Source: Botryllus schlosseri
Taxonomy: Eukaryota
NCBI GenBank assembly: GCA_051294905.1
Contig: CM119372.1
Span: 32,118,001 to 32,182,000 of the forward strand
DNA: 64,000 nucleotides
Reading direction: 5' to 3'
How positions within the stretch are numbered: position 1 is the first letter of the stretch; every line of letters begins with the position of its first letter. A program made the position numbers and the translations under genes. This document shows, piece after piece, positions 1-15,300 of the stretch. Under the pieces are notes generated by a model, which had not been told where the DNA came from, searched no databases, and saw only the letters and a program-made list of their open reading frames with translations.

Positions 1-35
1 GTTACTTTTATCGCCAATTACATTTCAGTAACGCA

Positions 36-261
36 GTAAGTGTGGCGTGAATACACTACTCAAATTTGCCTCGCGTTTATTCGCACCCGTGAATAAATCA
101 TTTTTGATTATCGTAGTTCCGCTTCGAACGTATTTGATGAACAGCGATACGCATATATGCTACGTCCATCCTTCCCTTTGCGTACATCCGAAAGAGCTAT
201 GGAAACCGCTTTCGCGTCTCAAATCATAACGTATTGCGACGAGCTGCTGCTTAGCTTATAG
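36..261 (+). other. Candidate 5'-UTR intron
   Basis: Consensus donor GTAAGT at 36-41; TTATAG acceptor ending at 261, 9 nt before the ATG. Confidence 0.4.
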
Positions 262-270
262 TACGGAACA

Positions 271-364
271 ATGAAGATTGTTTTTATTTCGGTAGCGATT
301 TTTCTTACTGCCTATGGACTCGAAGACAGAATTACAGAGGAAGATGATATTTCTGCTAAACCAA
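271..364 (+). CDS. Coding exon 1: MKIVFISVAIFLTAYG-LEDRITEEDDISAKP (signal peptide plus acidic start)
   Basis: M-K then hydrophobic core ending A-Y-G; followed by consensus donor GTGAGT at phase 1. Confidence 0.85.
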
Positions 365-3300
365 GTGAGTTGCAACGTATATCTATATCGTAGTCCGCAG
401 GACCGACATATTAGGTTTGTCAACTGCACGAAATCTGTGAACGAAATAGAATTCATTTTTATCTTACAACCGAAAAATGCAGATATATTCCACATATCTT
501 CATGAGATATGATAGGCGATAACCGTAAAATACCGCACTGATGTCGACAATTAATGGAATGTTTAATGTTTTTCAGATATCGACCTCAATTGTGCAAATT
601 TGTAGTATTCGATATTGTGTCTTAATTTTCGCGAAGTCAGCTACATAAGAGCCCGTTTAAAATGTACCTATAGCTCGGGTAACCAAGACGGCAATTAGTA
701 GGGCTGGGCAAAATCTAGTACCTGAGTGACTCGATTCTGAATCACGTATTTTGCTTCGAGTCGAGTCGAGAATTCGAGTATCAATCATTATGACGTAATA
801 TCAGTATATAAGACAGAGGTCTCAAACTCAAATGTGCTCGCGGGCCATTTCCTAGTTTTTGATGACGCCCCGGGTCGCAGCATCAATCTTAGGGATATGG
901 ATATTCAATGTATAAATTTCAAGTAGGCCTTATTCGACGGGACCTTGTAGACAGGCATTCCACAAACATCGTGGAAATATAATTTACTATTGCATTATTC
1001 ACGATTGACACGAAAAAAATCACATTTTCAAATATTTGAATAAAATTGTTTTTGTGCCGGGCATGAGTTTTCTAATTAATGAGTTATAGACATCATACGA
1101 GAGGATGCATCATGATATTGTAAAACTGTCGGGTTATAATATTGCAGCTAGTGGACCTTTGACGTGCCACAATTTCGTGTAGAGTATTTTAAAATCTACT
1201 GAAGATTGATCTGATATCAGAGCATTTGAGCGTTGTAGCCTAATCCGGGTTTTGATAAAGTGGTGATAAGTATAGGCTATTGTTATTGTCATTGCCAAAG
1301 TCAAATTAAACCAGCGTTCGATTTTCCGTTGATGATTATTGGAACATATCAATAACAACTTGAATATAATCATTATTGAGCCATAGTAATAGAATTGCTT
1401 CTTAACCTTTTTATCGATCGTACCCCTTGTGCTTCCAATGAGATACCTCGTAGCCCCTATCCATTTTCAACACAATTTCTGATGGTACCTAATACCTATT
1501 TTAAAATCAGAAAGCCCATGCACATAAAATCCCTCCTAGCGCGAAGACTATTTTCCAGTTGAATAAATTGGCCAAGAAAATATTCCACAGCATATCGGCC
1601 TAATTCCACAATGCATCTCGCATGTGGTGCTTCGTACCCCGATGGGGTCTACGGACCCTGGAATATAAATGTCCAATCGTCGAATAATTCATGGGTGTTA
1701 CAGCTGTAGAGCGTACTACTACGCTACTCGTCACCGATAATAACATGGATAAAGAGAACAAACAACACCCAGCATGTAACCATGCAACTATACGTCACGG
1801 GGGTCATAGAATGCCAATGGTTGCCATACTGACCTGATTATATAGCTATATAGGGCTACCCAACGCAACGCAAGATACGACCTTTTGATATATTAAGGCT
1901 GCTCCACACTGGCTTTGCGACACGACTAAAACAGGTAATTCCCTGATCATGTCGCGCTCACGATCGCGGTAGTTGCGTTCTGTTGCACACTGGGACACCG
2001 AGTCGTGACGTAGGCTTATCTGTTCTGTACCAACTTAATGATTTCGTAACAGTATAGGTTATTACTATTGAAGAACATATTAAGAATACACCATAATGCC
2101 ACCAAGATATTCTCAAATTCAAAAACTCAGTTTATGATTTCAACTGAAGACGCAGATGCACACCTACCCAAGATACAAAGAATATAAACGAGGTGTCTAA
2201 TCGTTGAAACGCCCTAACATAGTCCATCAATCAGATATCTTTATAATGTATAGGCCTACTCTTCTTGGCCTATCGGTACTTTCGTAATTGACAAGCATGT
2301 CAGTGGCATTGGCAGGCTATCGGTCATGTTCTCTGTTATTCGTCCTGTATTGTGAACATATAGTAATCTAATTATCAAATATATCTTCATTTCGTTCTTC
2401 CATCTTTAAGTTATCAACTTGAGGTTGAATTATTCTTTTTCTGGGCTTGTTGGATAACAGCGCACTGCGTCAATCCCGCACATCCTTTATCGTGTAACCC
2501 AATATAAATTACGCATCTGGTACACGATAATGTTAAATTTGGAAGTTGAACGATTAGAAATGATTGCAACAGCACCATCAAAATAATAGCACGTGCTTAT
2601 TTTCTACTGCGACTGAGCCCGCAACTCGCGACACCGACAAAGTTGAAAAGTTTCAACTTTGTCGGTGAGTTGCGCAGCCCACTCGCCGAGCTTTGTTGCG
2701 TAGTCTGGCGACGCGGTGTGCATGGTGACAGTTTCAAAGATTGTTGCGTCTGTAGGATTAACAAGTTACCGTTCCGACTCACCTCGAGTCATTAATCACC
2801 AAGTAAATCCGTAATCGAGTAATTTTACGAGAATGTCGCACCAAACCAAATCACAATTTTCAGTCAGGAGTCATAAACGGGTAATGTTTTATCGTCGTGA
2901 ACTAGAAATGTGATGTAACAGCTTATCTTCTACCTAATGGTAGCTTTTAAAAGTGACGTGATAGTGAAGTTTGTTGAGATTTCAGTGATTTTATAGTAGT
3001 TTTAGGGTGAGCTTTGAATTATTAAATCTAAAAAAGATATATGGCACTTGAATATATCGTTGAATACTTGAAATCCCCAAATGCCGTCGCGGGCCGCAGA
3101 AAATGCTCTCGCGGGCCGCGTGTATGAGACCTCTGATATAAGATGTCAAGGTTCAAACATGTACCTTTATGCCACCACAAAGAATGTAATGCCTGTTATC
3201 CATCACATTGAAGATACTTTGGTTTTATTTCGACCCCATCGATTTCATTTCACTTTGTGACAATGTTGTAGGAGGATCATGACTTCGGAAAGGTGCTATT

Positions 3301-6300
3301 TCCAGTAACGTTCGTATAGCTTTGTACTATGTTTCGTATGTCGCGATACTGCCAATCAAGGTATCATGACTTCCACAGTGGGAAATAGTATCAAAACCAT
3401 AATTCTCGTCGATAAAACAACTTTCAGTGGCGAGGAGGGTATAATTTCAGTACTCGAAAAAATCGTCTTTTGCTACTCGACTCGAATCATTAGAAAAATT
3501 ACTCGATTCGGATTCGAGTACTCGAATCATTGTGCCTAGCCCTAGTAATAAGTGGACATTAAACAGAATATATACCACACTGTCTACAGTACCAAGTGAT
3601 TCAAAGTACTAATTTGATGAAAAGACGTGATGAATTAACGATTGAGTCGTTTCACAGAAGGCTTAATCCAAATTCGACACGGAGTTGATCAATTCATATT
3701 TCCTCCTTCTCTTCCATTACTATAGTCAGTTACACCCCTTGCGTTTTCCCACTCAGCTGATGGACTTATTGTGTTCAACATCACAGACAACGGTAGATCC
3801 GTGACAGGTAATGATTGCCAATGAAATAATTACGAATTCGCAGAATTTCCAAGTTCCCAGCCCAAGGAAGACGCTGTCCTTCAAATATGCTCGTTATTTT
3901 TATGCGTTAACATATTGTGCTATCACTTATTTAGATGCCAATGGACTGAGTGCTGATCGGGAGGAGCCTAGAAAGGGATTTTTATCCAATATCTTCGGAC
4001 AACTGAAACCGACAGAGCTGTTGGCTTGTACGATACTATATATTCAAACATGAATGACACACTGTCACACGCCACATGTTGTCTTCATTTTGCAGCGACA
4101 AGCACCAAATTACAGGGCTTTGGAAACAGGATGGCAGCTGCGTTACAAAATTCAGGTGTGTTCGTGCGACAGTGTTAATGTTAAGTATGGACAAAACCAA
4201 AGCACAGTTCCTTTCTCGCACTCAGAATCCATTTTCGTTCTAGCTTAGACCAATGCTAATGTAAGAAGCCAGATCAAATTCAAGCAGCACATATAGTACA
4301 GCGGTTCCCAACCTTTTTCGTCTCATGGCCCACTTTTCCGATATTTGAGCTAAAATTCCCCCCTATGAAAAAGTTGTCCGTGACTAAAAAAAGGTGCTTT
4401 TAAACGCACAACCATTTGTTGACTGAGCAATTACTGGACAGACATATTCAGATATGTCCGAACTATGTCGAATGCGGACCGCACTACACTTCGGTAAAGT
4501 ACAGCTAAATTTGACTTGTTTTTACCGGTCGGGTAGCCGCTGACGAAAAATAAATCATCAATTCCGCTTGCTATGGCCTTGAGTTGAATCGATGAATTTG
4601 ATATGTTTTTCACATTAGCTCATATGTTGACCTAAAAAGGTAAACAATTTCACCAGCGGCCTTGTGCTGAATTCGGCTTGACATTTTCCTGCTTAGTAGC
4701 AATTTGGTCGAGAGGCTGTCGCGGGCCCAACGAAATCGTCTCGCAAGCCTCACTTTATCAGGGGGTGTAATATCTACTGAAGGCATTTAAACATACACCC
4801 AGCTGAAAATCTGCCAAATAACCACACAATTGTAGAGAATTAGTTTCTAGGTAACAGTTATACCATAAAAATCTAAAAACCTTGTGAACCCAGTTTGTTT
4901 GTTTTGAGGTGTTCATGGTGTGTGTTGACTACTATGGTCATTTTTATTCCGTAGCGGCCGACTTATAGCATGGTCCACTTATAGGCTTTTATAGGACACC
5001 GCTTGCACGGATGAGATGGCAATGAGGAGCCTAGATAAACCCCCAGCACTTAGGTAGGAATTCTGGAGTCGACCTCGGTCGGACTCGAACCCACAACCCA
5101 TCGGTGTTGCAGCTGTGGATTATACCACTACGCTATCTCACCACACATTGTGATCTCGATGTATCTTCCGATACAATGCCAAAGCCAGATTCCCCCCTAA
5201 AATTTTCAAAATTCCCCCCAAGGGGTGAATTCCCCCCGGTTGGGAACCACTGACATAGTATATTCAAATATTGAGAAAAGAATGGCGATATAACAATCGG
5301 TACCCACTTCAAGTAAGACCATCGAAGAATAAGACAAAATTGGCACTATATTTTGACAATACGATTTATGCTCCTAATAACTTGACACTTATTTTCTGCA
5401 ATTCATCTAGTACGGGTATTACGAATAACGATGAGGAGCATCTCGTTTACATATATCCAATGTTCCGTCTAATTTGTGCGTAACGAATAAAAATGGTCAT
5501 CACTTCGACTTTTCTGTGCGCGGCGACTTTGTCGGCATTGCGCGGCCGCGCACGAGCTCAGTTTAGACGGAACATTGTACATATCCATATATATGGATTC
5601 CAGTAACAACCACTGAGTTGTAACGTTCGAACATATATGTGAAGAGTAGAAAAATCAATTTCAAAACATTCAATTGGTTAAGCGAGAACGATTCGTGCGG
5701 TTCAGTTCAGCAATGTTGAATCTGATTTTACCTCGTAAACAAAACGAAACATTCGTTTAACTGGCTACCTTCTTCATACAGACTAGTGGCACATGTTGGT
5801 CAACAGAAATATGTTACTGCGATGATAAGGATATCCAATGCTTGTGAATATTGTATTTAGAATGCCGTTTTACAGTAATGGGAAATGATGCTCACAATAC
5901 CAACATTTTTACTCTCCATATAATATATCGCACTAATCTTCGTTCAGGTGGTTCTCAACCTGGGGTCCACGGACCCATTGGGAGTCAATGAAAAAGCATT
6001 TGGGATCCGTGATTGCCTTGCTGATTTTTCGGGGAATAAACGAAAATCGATGTTTTCACTTTTATTTCTCTCTTTTAATGCACATGTGTCAAGCTCGTAC
6101 GCTCGTACGCGAGAATAACATAACTGGTGTGCCTTCAACTATATTGATGGTTGATGCTGCTACCCACCAGAGTTGGATCAATTACAATAATTCAGTTCAA
6201 TTACAATTACAATTACAATTACTCCCTTGCATGTTTCAATTACATCACAATTACAATTACTCAATGCTAAAAACATCGAATTACAATTACTATTACAATT

Positions 6301-9300
6301 ACTGTTGAACATGTAGTTGATTCGGTAGAGTGGTGTTCTTTGACAACCGTAGCGACGTAATCAGCAACAGTCTCAAGCTATTCAGTATTCATGGTTCATT
6401 CATGATACCTAGAATACCCTTTAATTAAACTATTCCTAATCATGAGTACTGAAAACTACATACACAGAAAAATGTTTCAAGCGACTGTTAACAACCAAAA
6501 GTTTGAGCGACTAACATCGAATAAGCTACAGGACAGTCAATGAAATATAATCAAAAGATTAGGCTACTCAGAGCTGAGTGAGGAAAATGAAATATAATTG
6601 ATAAGGCGTAAGCGATAAGGATGATACCGATAAGATGCGTAAAATTAAAATAAATGCAAAAGGAAAAGACCTCCTGATAACTACGAAATACAACATTTTA
6701 GTTCTCATTTGCATTTTCCCTTGCTCGGAAACTGTTAGATTGCATTTGATGAACATTAGGGTGCGAAAATTTCTGGCTCCAGTAAATTTAGCCGATATTG
6801 GAGGTAAAATTGGGATAACGTCTCAACAAATGCGTGATCAAGTTTGATGGAGCCTTGATTGAAAACTTGAATTTGATTTTGCAATTGTTGCAGCAAGCCT
6901 CGGTACTGGTCAGAGATTTAAAAATAAAATTCAGACCGTGGTGTAGGAAATGGTTCAGCACAGGTTTCAAACGAGTTTATTTGCTGTTCATTCATTTTTG
7001 ATATGGTAAGATTAAGTTTAGCCCACTGGTTCTCTAACTTTTTTAGACACGCCCCTTTTATGACAGTGAAATATTTCGTACCCCCCTTATCGTCATATCA
7101 TACAATGAAACCAGAATGTTAGCAATCATTACAGATAGTTTGATGGTATGGAAGGTTATGACTGTTGATGAGAGAATTATCTAATATGAAATTCGGACTA
7201 TACGCAGAGAAATAACTATGAATTAGAGGTGAATCGCGCCAAGCGCGGAAAAAATATCAGTTTACCGGAGCTTCGTCCCCCCTTCAGATGCTTTCACGCC
7301 GCCCAAGGGGGGCACACCCCCCAGTTTGAGAACCCCTGGTTTAGCCTATATTGTAATTAACAAAGTTTTCTGTTATTGCTACTGAAGTATGGGAAACAGT
7401 TTAGCATGGCTGAATTATTTAGTTTTAACGCGGCTCGCATGGAACACCGATGTAAATAGGCTAATTATTACAGGTGGCGTTTGTTTACTAAGGCCTCAAG
7501 GCCTTGCGGCCCCTCGTCGTCATCCTGGTCCGTACCGAATTTTCAATGGTGTGACGAATAAATGATTGATTGATTGATTATTTTATGTTGTGATTGTCAG
7601 GTTTCCATAAAAATGTAATTGAAATTGTAAGTGAGCAAAATTTTTATCAAATTACAATTACAATTACACAAAATAGAAATGCTTCAATTACAATTACAAT
7701 TACAATTACATGAAAAAATGTAATGAATTACATTCTGCTCAATAACAAATTGCAATTGATCGAACTCTGCTACCCACAGTTGCGTACTTTAACCTTACAC
7801 TACAATGCTACATCTACCACAACGCATGTAGACAGGACCGTAACTGCCGCACCCAAAATCCTCCAATTAGGGGAGGGGGGGCATAACTCGCAGGGCCCAA
7901 AATTATTTTGTGGATTACCATAAATCATAGAGTATTTATTTGGAAATTTATGCAACTTTCTCAAATTGTTTTCGCGCGCTACGCGTGATTTAATGTTGTC
8001 AAACATCTTGAATATTGGATACCCTTCCCCCAGAAACTGGCAATTCGCCGTTGGCGATTACCACCAAGACACACCAAGACATATGAAGTTATAGGCCATG
8101 TAACATGCGACTCCGAGAAGTGTGCCACAACGATCAGCAGCGAGAAGACCCTGACCGAAAACGACTTTCCTTGTACTGACCGAAAACTTCGATATATATA
8201 CATGTTTAATTGTCCATAGGGGCCTAAATGGCAGGCGTCGAATGTTCCTATCCGAGCCACACAAGACAAATGCCATCTCGAGGGAACAATAGGTGCCAGT
8301 AAAGAAGTAACAATTTGAAATCGTGTACGTCTTTTAGTTTAGTACAGTGGTTCCCAACCGGTGGGGAATTCCCCCCTTGGGGGAATTTTGAAATTTTTAG
8401 GGGGGAATCTGGCGTTGGCATTGTATCGGAAGATACAATGGGTTCACAAGGTTTTTAGATTTTTATGGTGTAGAACTGTTCGGTGGAAATTAGTTCTTTA
8501 CAATTGTATGTTTCTTTGGCGGATTTCAAGCTAGGTATATGTTTAAATGCCTTCCGTAGCTAATATTACCGATGATAAAGTGAGGCTCACGAGACGATTT
8601 CGTTGAGCCTGCGTCAGCCTCTCGACTAAATTGCTACTAAGCAGGAAACCGTCAAGACGAATTCAGAACAAGGCCGCTAGTGAAATTTGTTTAACTTTTT
8701 AAGCCAACATATGAGCTAACGTGAAAAACTTACCATACCAAATTTATCGATTCAACTCAAGTCAATAGCAAGCGGACTTGGTGATTTATTTTTCGTCAGC
8801 GGCTACCCGATCGATCAAAAACAGGTCAAATTTGACTGTACCTTACCAAAGTTTAGTGCAGTCCGGATTCGCTATAGTTCGGACATATCTGAATATGTTC
8901 GACCATTAATTGCTCAGTCAACACATGGTTGCGCGTTAAAAAGCACATTTATTTAGTCACAGCCAACTTCTTCACAAGGGGGAACTTTAGCTCAAATATC
9001 GGCCAAGGGGGGAACGAGACGAAAAAGGTTGGGAACCACTGGTTTAGTACGTTTGGACGATTTCAATACCTTTCGACAGCAGATAGGAGGTAACGAAATA
9101 GCATCATGTGACGAAGTCATTATACCAATGGGTATGCCTGAAAATCCGCGTCTTCGATTTGATATGAACGAGAGCCGGAAATCCATCCGACGACAGCTTC
9201 GTTTTTCCACAAACCCCAACAAAACATCCCGAAACACTGATAAGTTTGCATCGGCAAGCTATTGGCAATTTGACAATTAAAATGAGTTTGCACGGTCGGA

Positions 9301-12300
9301 TATTTCATCTCTGACGATCATTTTATTGATGCCAGTCCTAAAGATTTAGCAATTATGAAGCGAAACTGACCAAGTTTTTCCCAATTAAAAAATGCAAGTT
9401 AGCTTATAAATCATTTTACAAATTTAGAGGTTTCGTGGACCCACTGAAAATGCTTCGCGGAGAGAACCACTGGGTTAGAGCCTAAGAGGGCATATAAACA
9501 ACCGCATGAGCAGGAACGAACAGTTGTAGTTTAGCATGATTCTTGAAAATTCGCGTTGAGTGCAAACACAATTGCGCAGCAATACAACTACGAATTGAAA
9601 GGGATCTCTGACCGCGAGATCGCCTCTCATGCATGTTGAATTGGACACACTTTCAACCAGAGCTGTTAAGATAACTTGAAAATTGTAGTTTATATAAAAG
9701 ATTCATGGTGTATAACAAACCAACGTGCGTCTGCCAACGCGAACCTCCGGATATCTGGAGTTCGCACCATCCCTAGCAAACAGAATGATCTGTTATAGCC
9801 CCCACGTAAGCTATGAAAGCTTCCTATTGTTAATTTATTCCTTCATAATATTGAGTTCCTAATTGTGAAATTATGGATGCATATTTCGACACGGCATACA
9901 ATTACTATTTTAGATCAGGAAGACTCACCTTCGGTCTCTGTCGATGAATCTCCTCATGGTGAGGCTATAGTACCGAAAGACGCAGGAAAACTGGGCTCGG
10001 AGGAGCTGTTTGCATGTGAGTAACTCATTGCTTAAACAGAAATGCTGAGATTACCTACCTATATATTCCTCATGTTCCTTCTGTTTTAGCGGCAAAGGAC
10101 ATTCAAACAGGAATGGCAGATATGTTACAAACGCTAGGTACGTGTGTGTGCAGTACTTTAAACGACGATTCTACATACTGAACTAATGGAGGATTATGAG
10201 CGTGAAGTAAACCGATAATCCGGAAGTCATATATTCGTCATGTTTTATTCACCTTTTTGATATGGGAATACAACGTTGTTGGGATGACTCGAGTCATGAC
10301 TTGATTTGACCTGACTCGACTTGACTCGAGTCACCTCCAAAAATTGAGTGACTTGACTTGACACGCGTCAAAATGTGCAATGACTCAAAATGACTATTGA
10401 CTCGAAGGTAGTGACTTGATCCCAGTACAGTGAAACTCGGTAATTAGAGTTCATATACTGGATCATATGACTTTAGAACAGAGGTCTCAAACTCAAATGT
10501 GCTCGCGGGCCAATTTCCTATTTTTTGAGGGCGCCGCGGGCCGCACCACCAATAATAGGGGAATTCAATGTATTTCAAAGCAGGCCTGATATCTACTCCT
10601 GATAACTAGGCTATATTGACATGTCATTACGGAAGTCAAATAGAATCAGCGTTTGATTTTACCTTCGAATGTTGGAACAGATCAATAACAACTTGAACAT
10701 AATGGATCTGTGCAATAACAATAGTCATGTGCAATCTCCGAAGAATCCGTTGGTGTTACAGCTGTGAAGCGTAGGCTACGACAAGTTAATACTCGCCACA
10801 TTAAATTGGCGATAATAACATATATAAAGATACCCAAGATTTCACGGGATGTAACCAACTATAAATCAAAGGGGCGACATAATGCCAATGTCGGTTGCCA
10901 TACCTACATGCTTTGATATCTGAATAAGCTACACAACTCAAGCTACAACTTTTTGATATTTTACTATTTCTCCTATCAGTTTGATAGTTTGTTCAGAGTG
11001 TCCTATATGGTGTGGACACAAGAAAATCTCACGGCTCAGTGAAATTGGTCTTTGTCACACTTTCCATTTAGTCAAAGGCAATTTGACGGTAGTTTTTGAT
11101 CAATGGAAAGCTACCGCGCTACTGATTGCGAAAATGTAAATTTTATTCTGTTTGTGGCCCTGGAACTCGCCAAAATAAGCCTCAAATGTTGCATTGTAAG
11201 TGAGTTTGGTATTGTGACGCAGCCATGCCGTCTGAGCAGATCAGAAGCAAATGCGCGCGAGATTGAGAGTGCTCAATCGCTTGCGTAACAATGGCCAATA
11301 CGCTTGCAGCATGCGGTGCTCCTCGCCTGCTCCCAGACGTCATTGCTGCATCACAATACTAAAGTCACATACAATGCAACACTCGAGGCTTATTTTGGGG
11401 AGTTCCGGGACCACGAACAGATTAAATTTATATTTTCGCAATCAGTACCGGGGTAGCTTTCGATTGATACTCATTTTATAAAATTTAGGCTAATACAGGA
11501 CAAGCCGGACAAAAATTACCGTCAAATAGCCTTCGACCAAATGGAAAGTCTGACGTACACCAATTTCACTGAGCCGTGAGATTTGCGTGGTTGTACCAAA
11601 CCACGGCATTCCGAGTCACAAAAGTCCTTCTCTGATTATAACGTTTGACGTGACGAGTACGAGTAATTCTACAGAGGGTCGCGTCCAAGACCAAATCACA
11701 ATTTTCAGTCACGAATCATTAACTGGTCATGTTTTACCATATTGAACAAGTAATGTCACGAAATAGTTAATCTTCCACTGAGTGGTAACTTTTGAAAGTG
11801 ATGTATTAGTGAAGTTTGATGAGTAGTTTCAGGCTTCTGGAGTAGTTTTAGAGCGAACTTCAAGTTCTCAAAAATTGGTAGTAAAATATTGTCGAATACT
11901 TCGAAATCCAAAATGCCGTCGCGGGCCGCACAAAATGGTCTAGCGGGCCGCATGCGGCCCGCGGGCCGCGTGTTTGAGACCTCTGCTTTAGAACCATATA
12001 TGACTTTTCGATAATGTGATATTTCAATGTGCCCTGGATTTGCATCTTGCGGGCTAACTGGTACGTTGTAATGTAAACAGTCAATCATTAAATCAACAAG
12101 ACACACACAACGTATAATGCGATAAGACGCAATGCGATGTAATGAACAGATGGGAAGATACCAAACGACCAGTTGCGGTTGCAGTTGCGGTCTCTGAAGC
12201 TGGCATCCGCAGTTACTCTTTTTCGATGTCAGCCTCTTGGCTCTTTCCTGCTCTTCCCATTCCTTATGAATGTGCTCTTATATCGGGTCATTTTCTATGC

Positions 12301-15300
12301 GTTTTTGTCGCCGTACGAACAGCGACGCGGGGAAAGAAGAGCCAAAAATAACCTCCAACGCGGAATAGAACCCGGGCCGCCTGGGCGGTTAGCGCTTAGC
12401 GTCACCGCTACGCTGTCTCCCCCTCTTAGTTATCAATATCGCTGCAACGTTTATATAAATTTTAGAGACGGCCAAAATAATTATTTTTGTGGCAGTTGAG
12501 ACAAGTCTAAGCGAGGTCAAGTCAGTGACGTATCATGGGGATTTTGGAGGCTCGAAACCCCTATTCGAAATACTACAATTTATACCAATATGTATAGTCT
12601 GCTGAAGATATAGTCCAATATAATAATTTTTATAATAGGACAAAATACGCCATCTAGGGGTCTAAATGTGACAAATCCCATCCATCGAGGTCGATACGAA
12701 GTTTGCAATCGCCATGACTGGTGAATTTGCCGATCCCGACATCGTACGCCTTTGTTTGAATGTTGGATTGCAAAATGCAGTTCCCGAATCCACATTGCCT
12801 TCCCGATGATCGACGGGAAATAAAGTCCTTTGAAAGTGATATTTGCAATCACAAATTCAAATTAAAACCATGGCCATCAAAATCCCCGCTTGTTAGTTAG
12901 TTAGTTAGCTAGCTTGCTGGCATTGTACTGAATTTGAGAATTGTTTAGTAGGCCTGGAGAGTAACGTTGTTATAGTCGATGAACTTGAGAACTGAGTAGT
13001 AAAGCTAACTAAATAATATCAGTTCACAACAGAGTTGGATCAATGACCTTAATTCAGTTCAATTACAATTACAATTACTCCCTTGCCTGTTCCAATTACC
13101 TTACAATTAGAATTAGTCCAGTTTAAAATTATCAAATTACAATTACAATTACAATAACTATTACTGTTGAACATGTAATTAATTACAATCAATTCAATTA
13201 CGAATTACAATTGATCAAACTCTGGTGCACAATATTCTCCGTTGTTCGAGTTATTATCCCAGCTCGGAAGATATGATTGAGCCGTGCGTGACTGCCAGTA
13301 GAACGATTAGTAATGGGCACAACTGCGTAGTGCACGTATGCCTCGGAAGTCGCTTAACTGTAAATTATGTGTTACAGAAAAAGAACAGTATATTCAAGCT
13401 TTCACTATCGTCTCCTACTGTTGGTGCTGCTTTACAGTGTGCATGATGAGGATCTTAAGTTTTGACAAATATGATATGGCTGCCACGAAAATACGATTGA
13501 AAATTAGTAGCTCAAAAAAGATTCCCGAAACCTGTAGCAGAAATAAAGTTTCACATGCTCAAATGTCGGGCTACCAGATTGATTAGTGCGGGTATTATAA
13601 CCAGAACTGTGGAGTCGGAGTGGGAATTTCGTTAATTCGTAATTTCGTGAATTTTCGTTTGTTGGAGTTGGAGTCACAGAAATTTATAGCGCTCCTTAGG
13701 GTCGGAGTTGGGGAAGCACATACTGGCTGGAGTCAGAGTCGGAGTTTGTTGATATGCTCTGACTCCGACTCTATGTACTTTAAAAACGAACCAAATATTA
13801 TCGAAAAGTGCCGTTGCAGTTGCAGTAACAAAAGTTATTAAGTATTTCACGTTTTCGAGCGATCACAAATTTAATTTTTTTCTGCGAGTATAGTTGTCAT
13901 AATTTCTGTGAACCAAACATGTCTAATATCTATAATGGAGGTGAAATCTTTCGAGTATATTTACAGTAATGTCGGAGTCGGAGTCGAAAGTTCTTAGAAG
14001 AAAATATCAGGAATTGGTGCTGAGTCGGAGTCGGTTTATTGAAAACGTCTAGAGTCGGATTTGGAGTCGGTGGTAGAACGAACCGACTCCACAGCCCTGA
14101 TTGTAACATAATAGGACAAATCCAATGTAGTGATCTTCAATTTCATGCGAACAAACGTCACACATCTTCAATTGTGACGAAACAGTCGATTGACATCGCC
14201 GTACGGCTTCTTGGGAATCACAATCGAAAATTTAGTGCCAGTAGGTCTCTTTTGACGATGAACGTTCCAGAACCCTGTACTAGAGTTTTAGGCCGGATAT
14301 CTGGATCCTTCTCTCCACAGTTTATCCACAATGATATGATTCAGCATGATAGGCCTTTTATGAAATTTGGACAAATATAGAGTTGAATTTAATGAACCGA
14401 TTTATGAATGTTGTATGAATTTATAAGCCTATTTTATATATTTGGATTTAAGTAACAGCTGAAAGGAGCTTAAAATACTATAACGAAAAATATGTCCGAC
14501 GTGAGATATACTGTAAAAGCAATGAATAAGATAATGACACTGCTAATTTATTTATGTGGTCATAAAATTATTCGTATGATGCGGTCCCTGTCATCCGCAT
14601 CCGAAACGGTTTGTTTGACAAAACTTACCAATGCTTATTCAGATCAGAAAGGCACAATGACAGCTCTTGACAAAGGATCTCTTCCGGAAATGCGAACAGG
14701 CTTCCTTGGAGACATGGATTCAGACCAGCTGTTGAATGGTGTGATGCCACTTATTTCAACAAGAATTGTACTGATATGCATGGCTAATATCCCCTTCATT
14801 TCAGCGGCAAAAGGTGTATTATTAACAGGAGACAACCCAGTGTCGATGAGAACTATTCGTCAACAGCCAGGTATGAGTACAGCGGGACTCGATGCTGAAA
14901 TGCTAACAATTTTGACCCGCCTAATGATATTTAAGGATGGCATGACATCTCATGGAATAAGAATATGACGTTTAGGTCATAATCTGGCATGTTACAGTGT
15001 TGGCTATTCCATATATATGTAGATAAAGAGCTTCTTGGAGGTTATGAACTTCAATCTATATAAAGATCATGAAATCCATTAGTGAAGTGGTCCGCATTCC
15101 TCAGAATAGGTAGGCTTTGTTTTCCTATTGGCTAAAATATTCAATGTGCGCAGCTGATGAATTTATTGAATGAGTAAACGATTGAGTCGTCATGACAGGG
15201 AAATCTAGATGAAAATAAATTAAATATCAACGAAAAGTAGTCCAATTGTTATACTGCCTTCTCCTCCATTGCTGGAGACTCTCTCTCTCTCCCTGGACAG

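Noticed and set aside
394..414. 21-nt microexon after exon 1
   Set aside because: It would need a 29-nt intron, far below the 60-74-nt short introns elsewhere in this gene.
5060..5142. Functional tRNA gene on the minus strand
   Set aside because: It continues into a SINE body and (CAAA)n tail and is inserted in a MITE; related decayed copies are present.
7833..8340. ~500-bp cassette recurring at ~8000, 23300, 30200, 37500 and 40650 as a captured gene
   Set aside because: No conserved reading frame; several copies are bounded by CAGG(A/G)CCGTAAC-like inverted ends, so it is most simply another nested MITE family.
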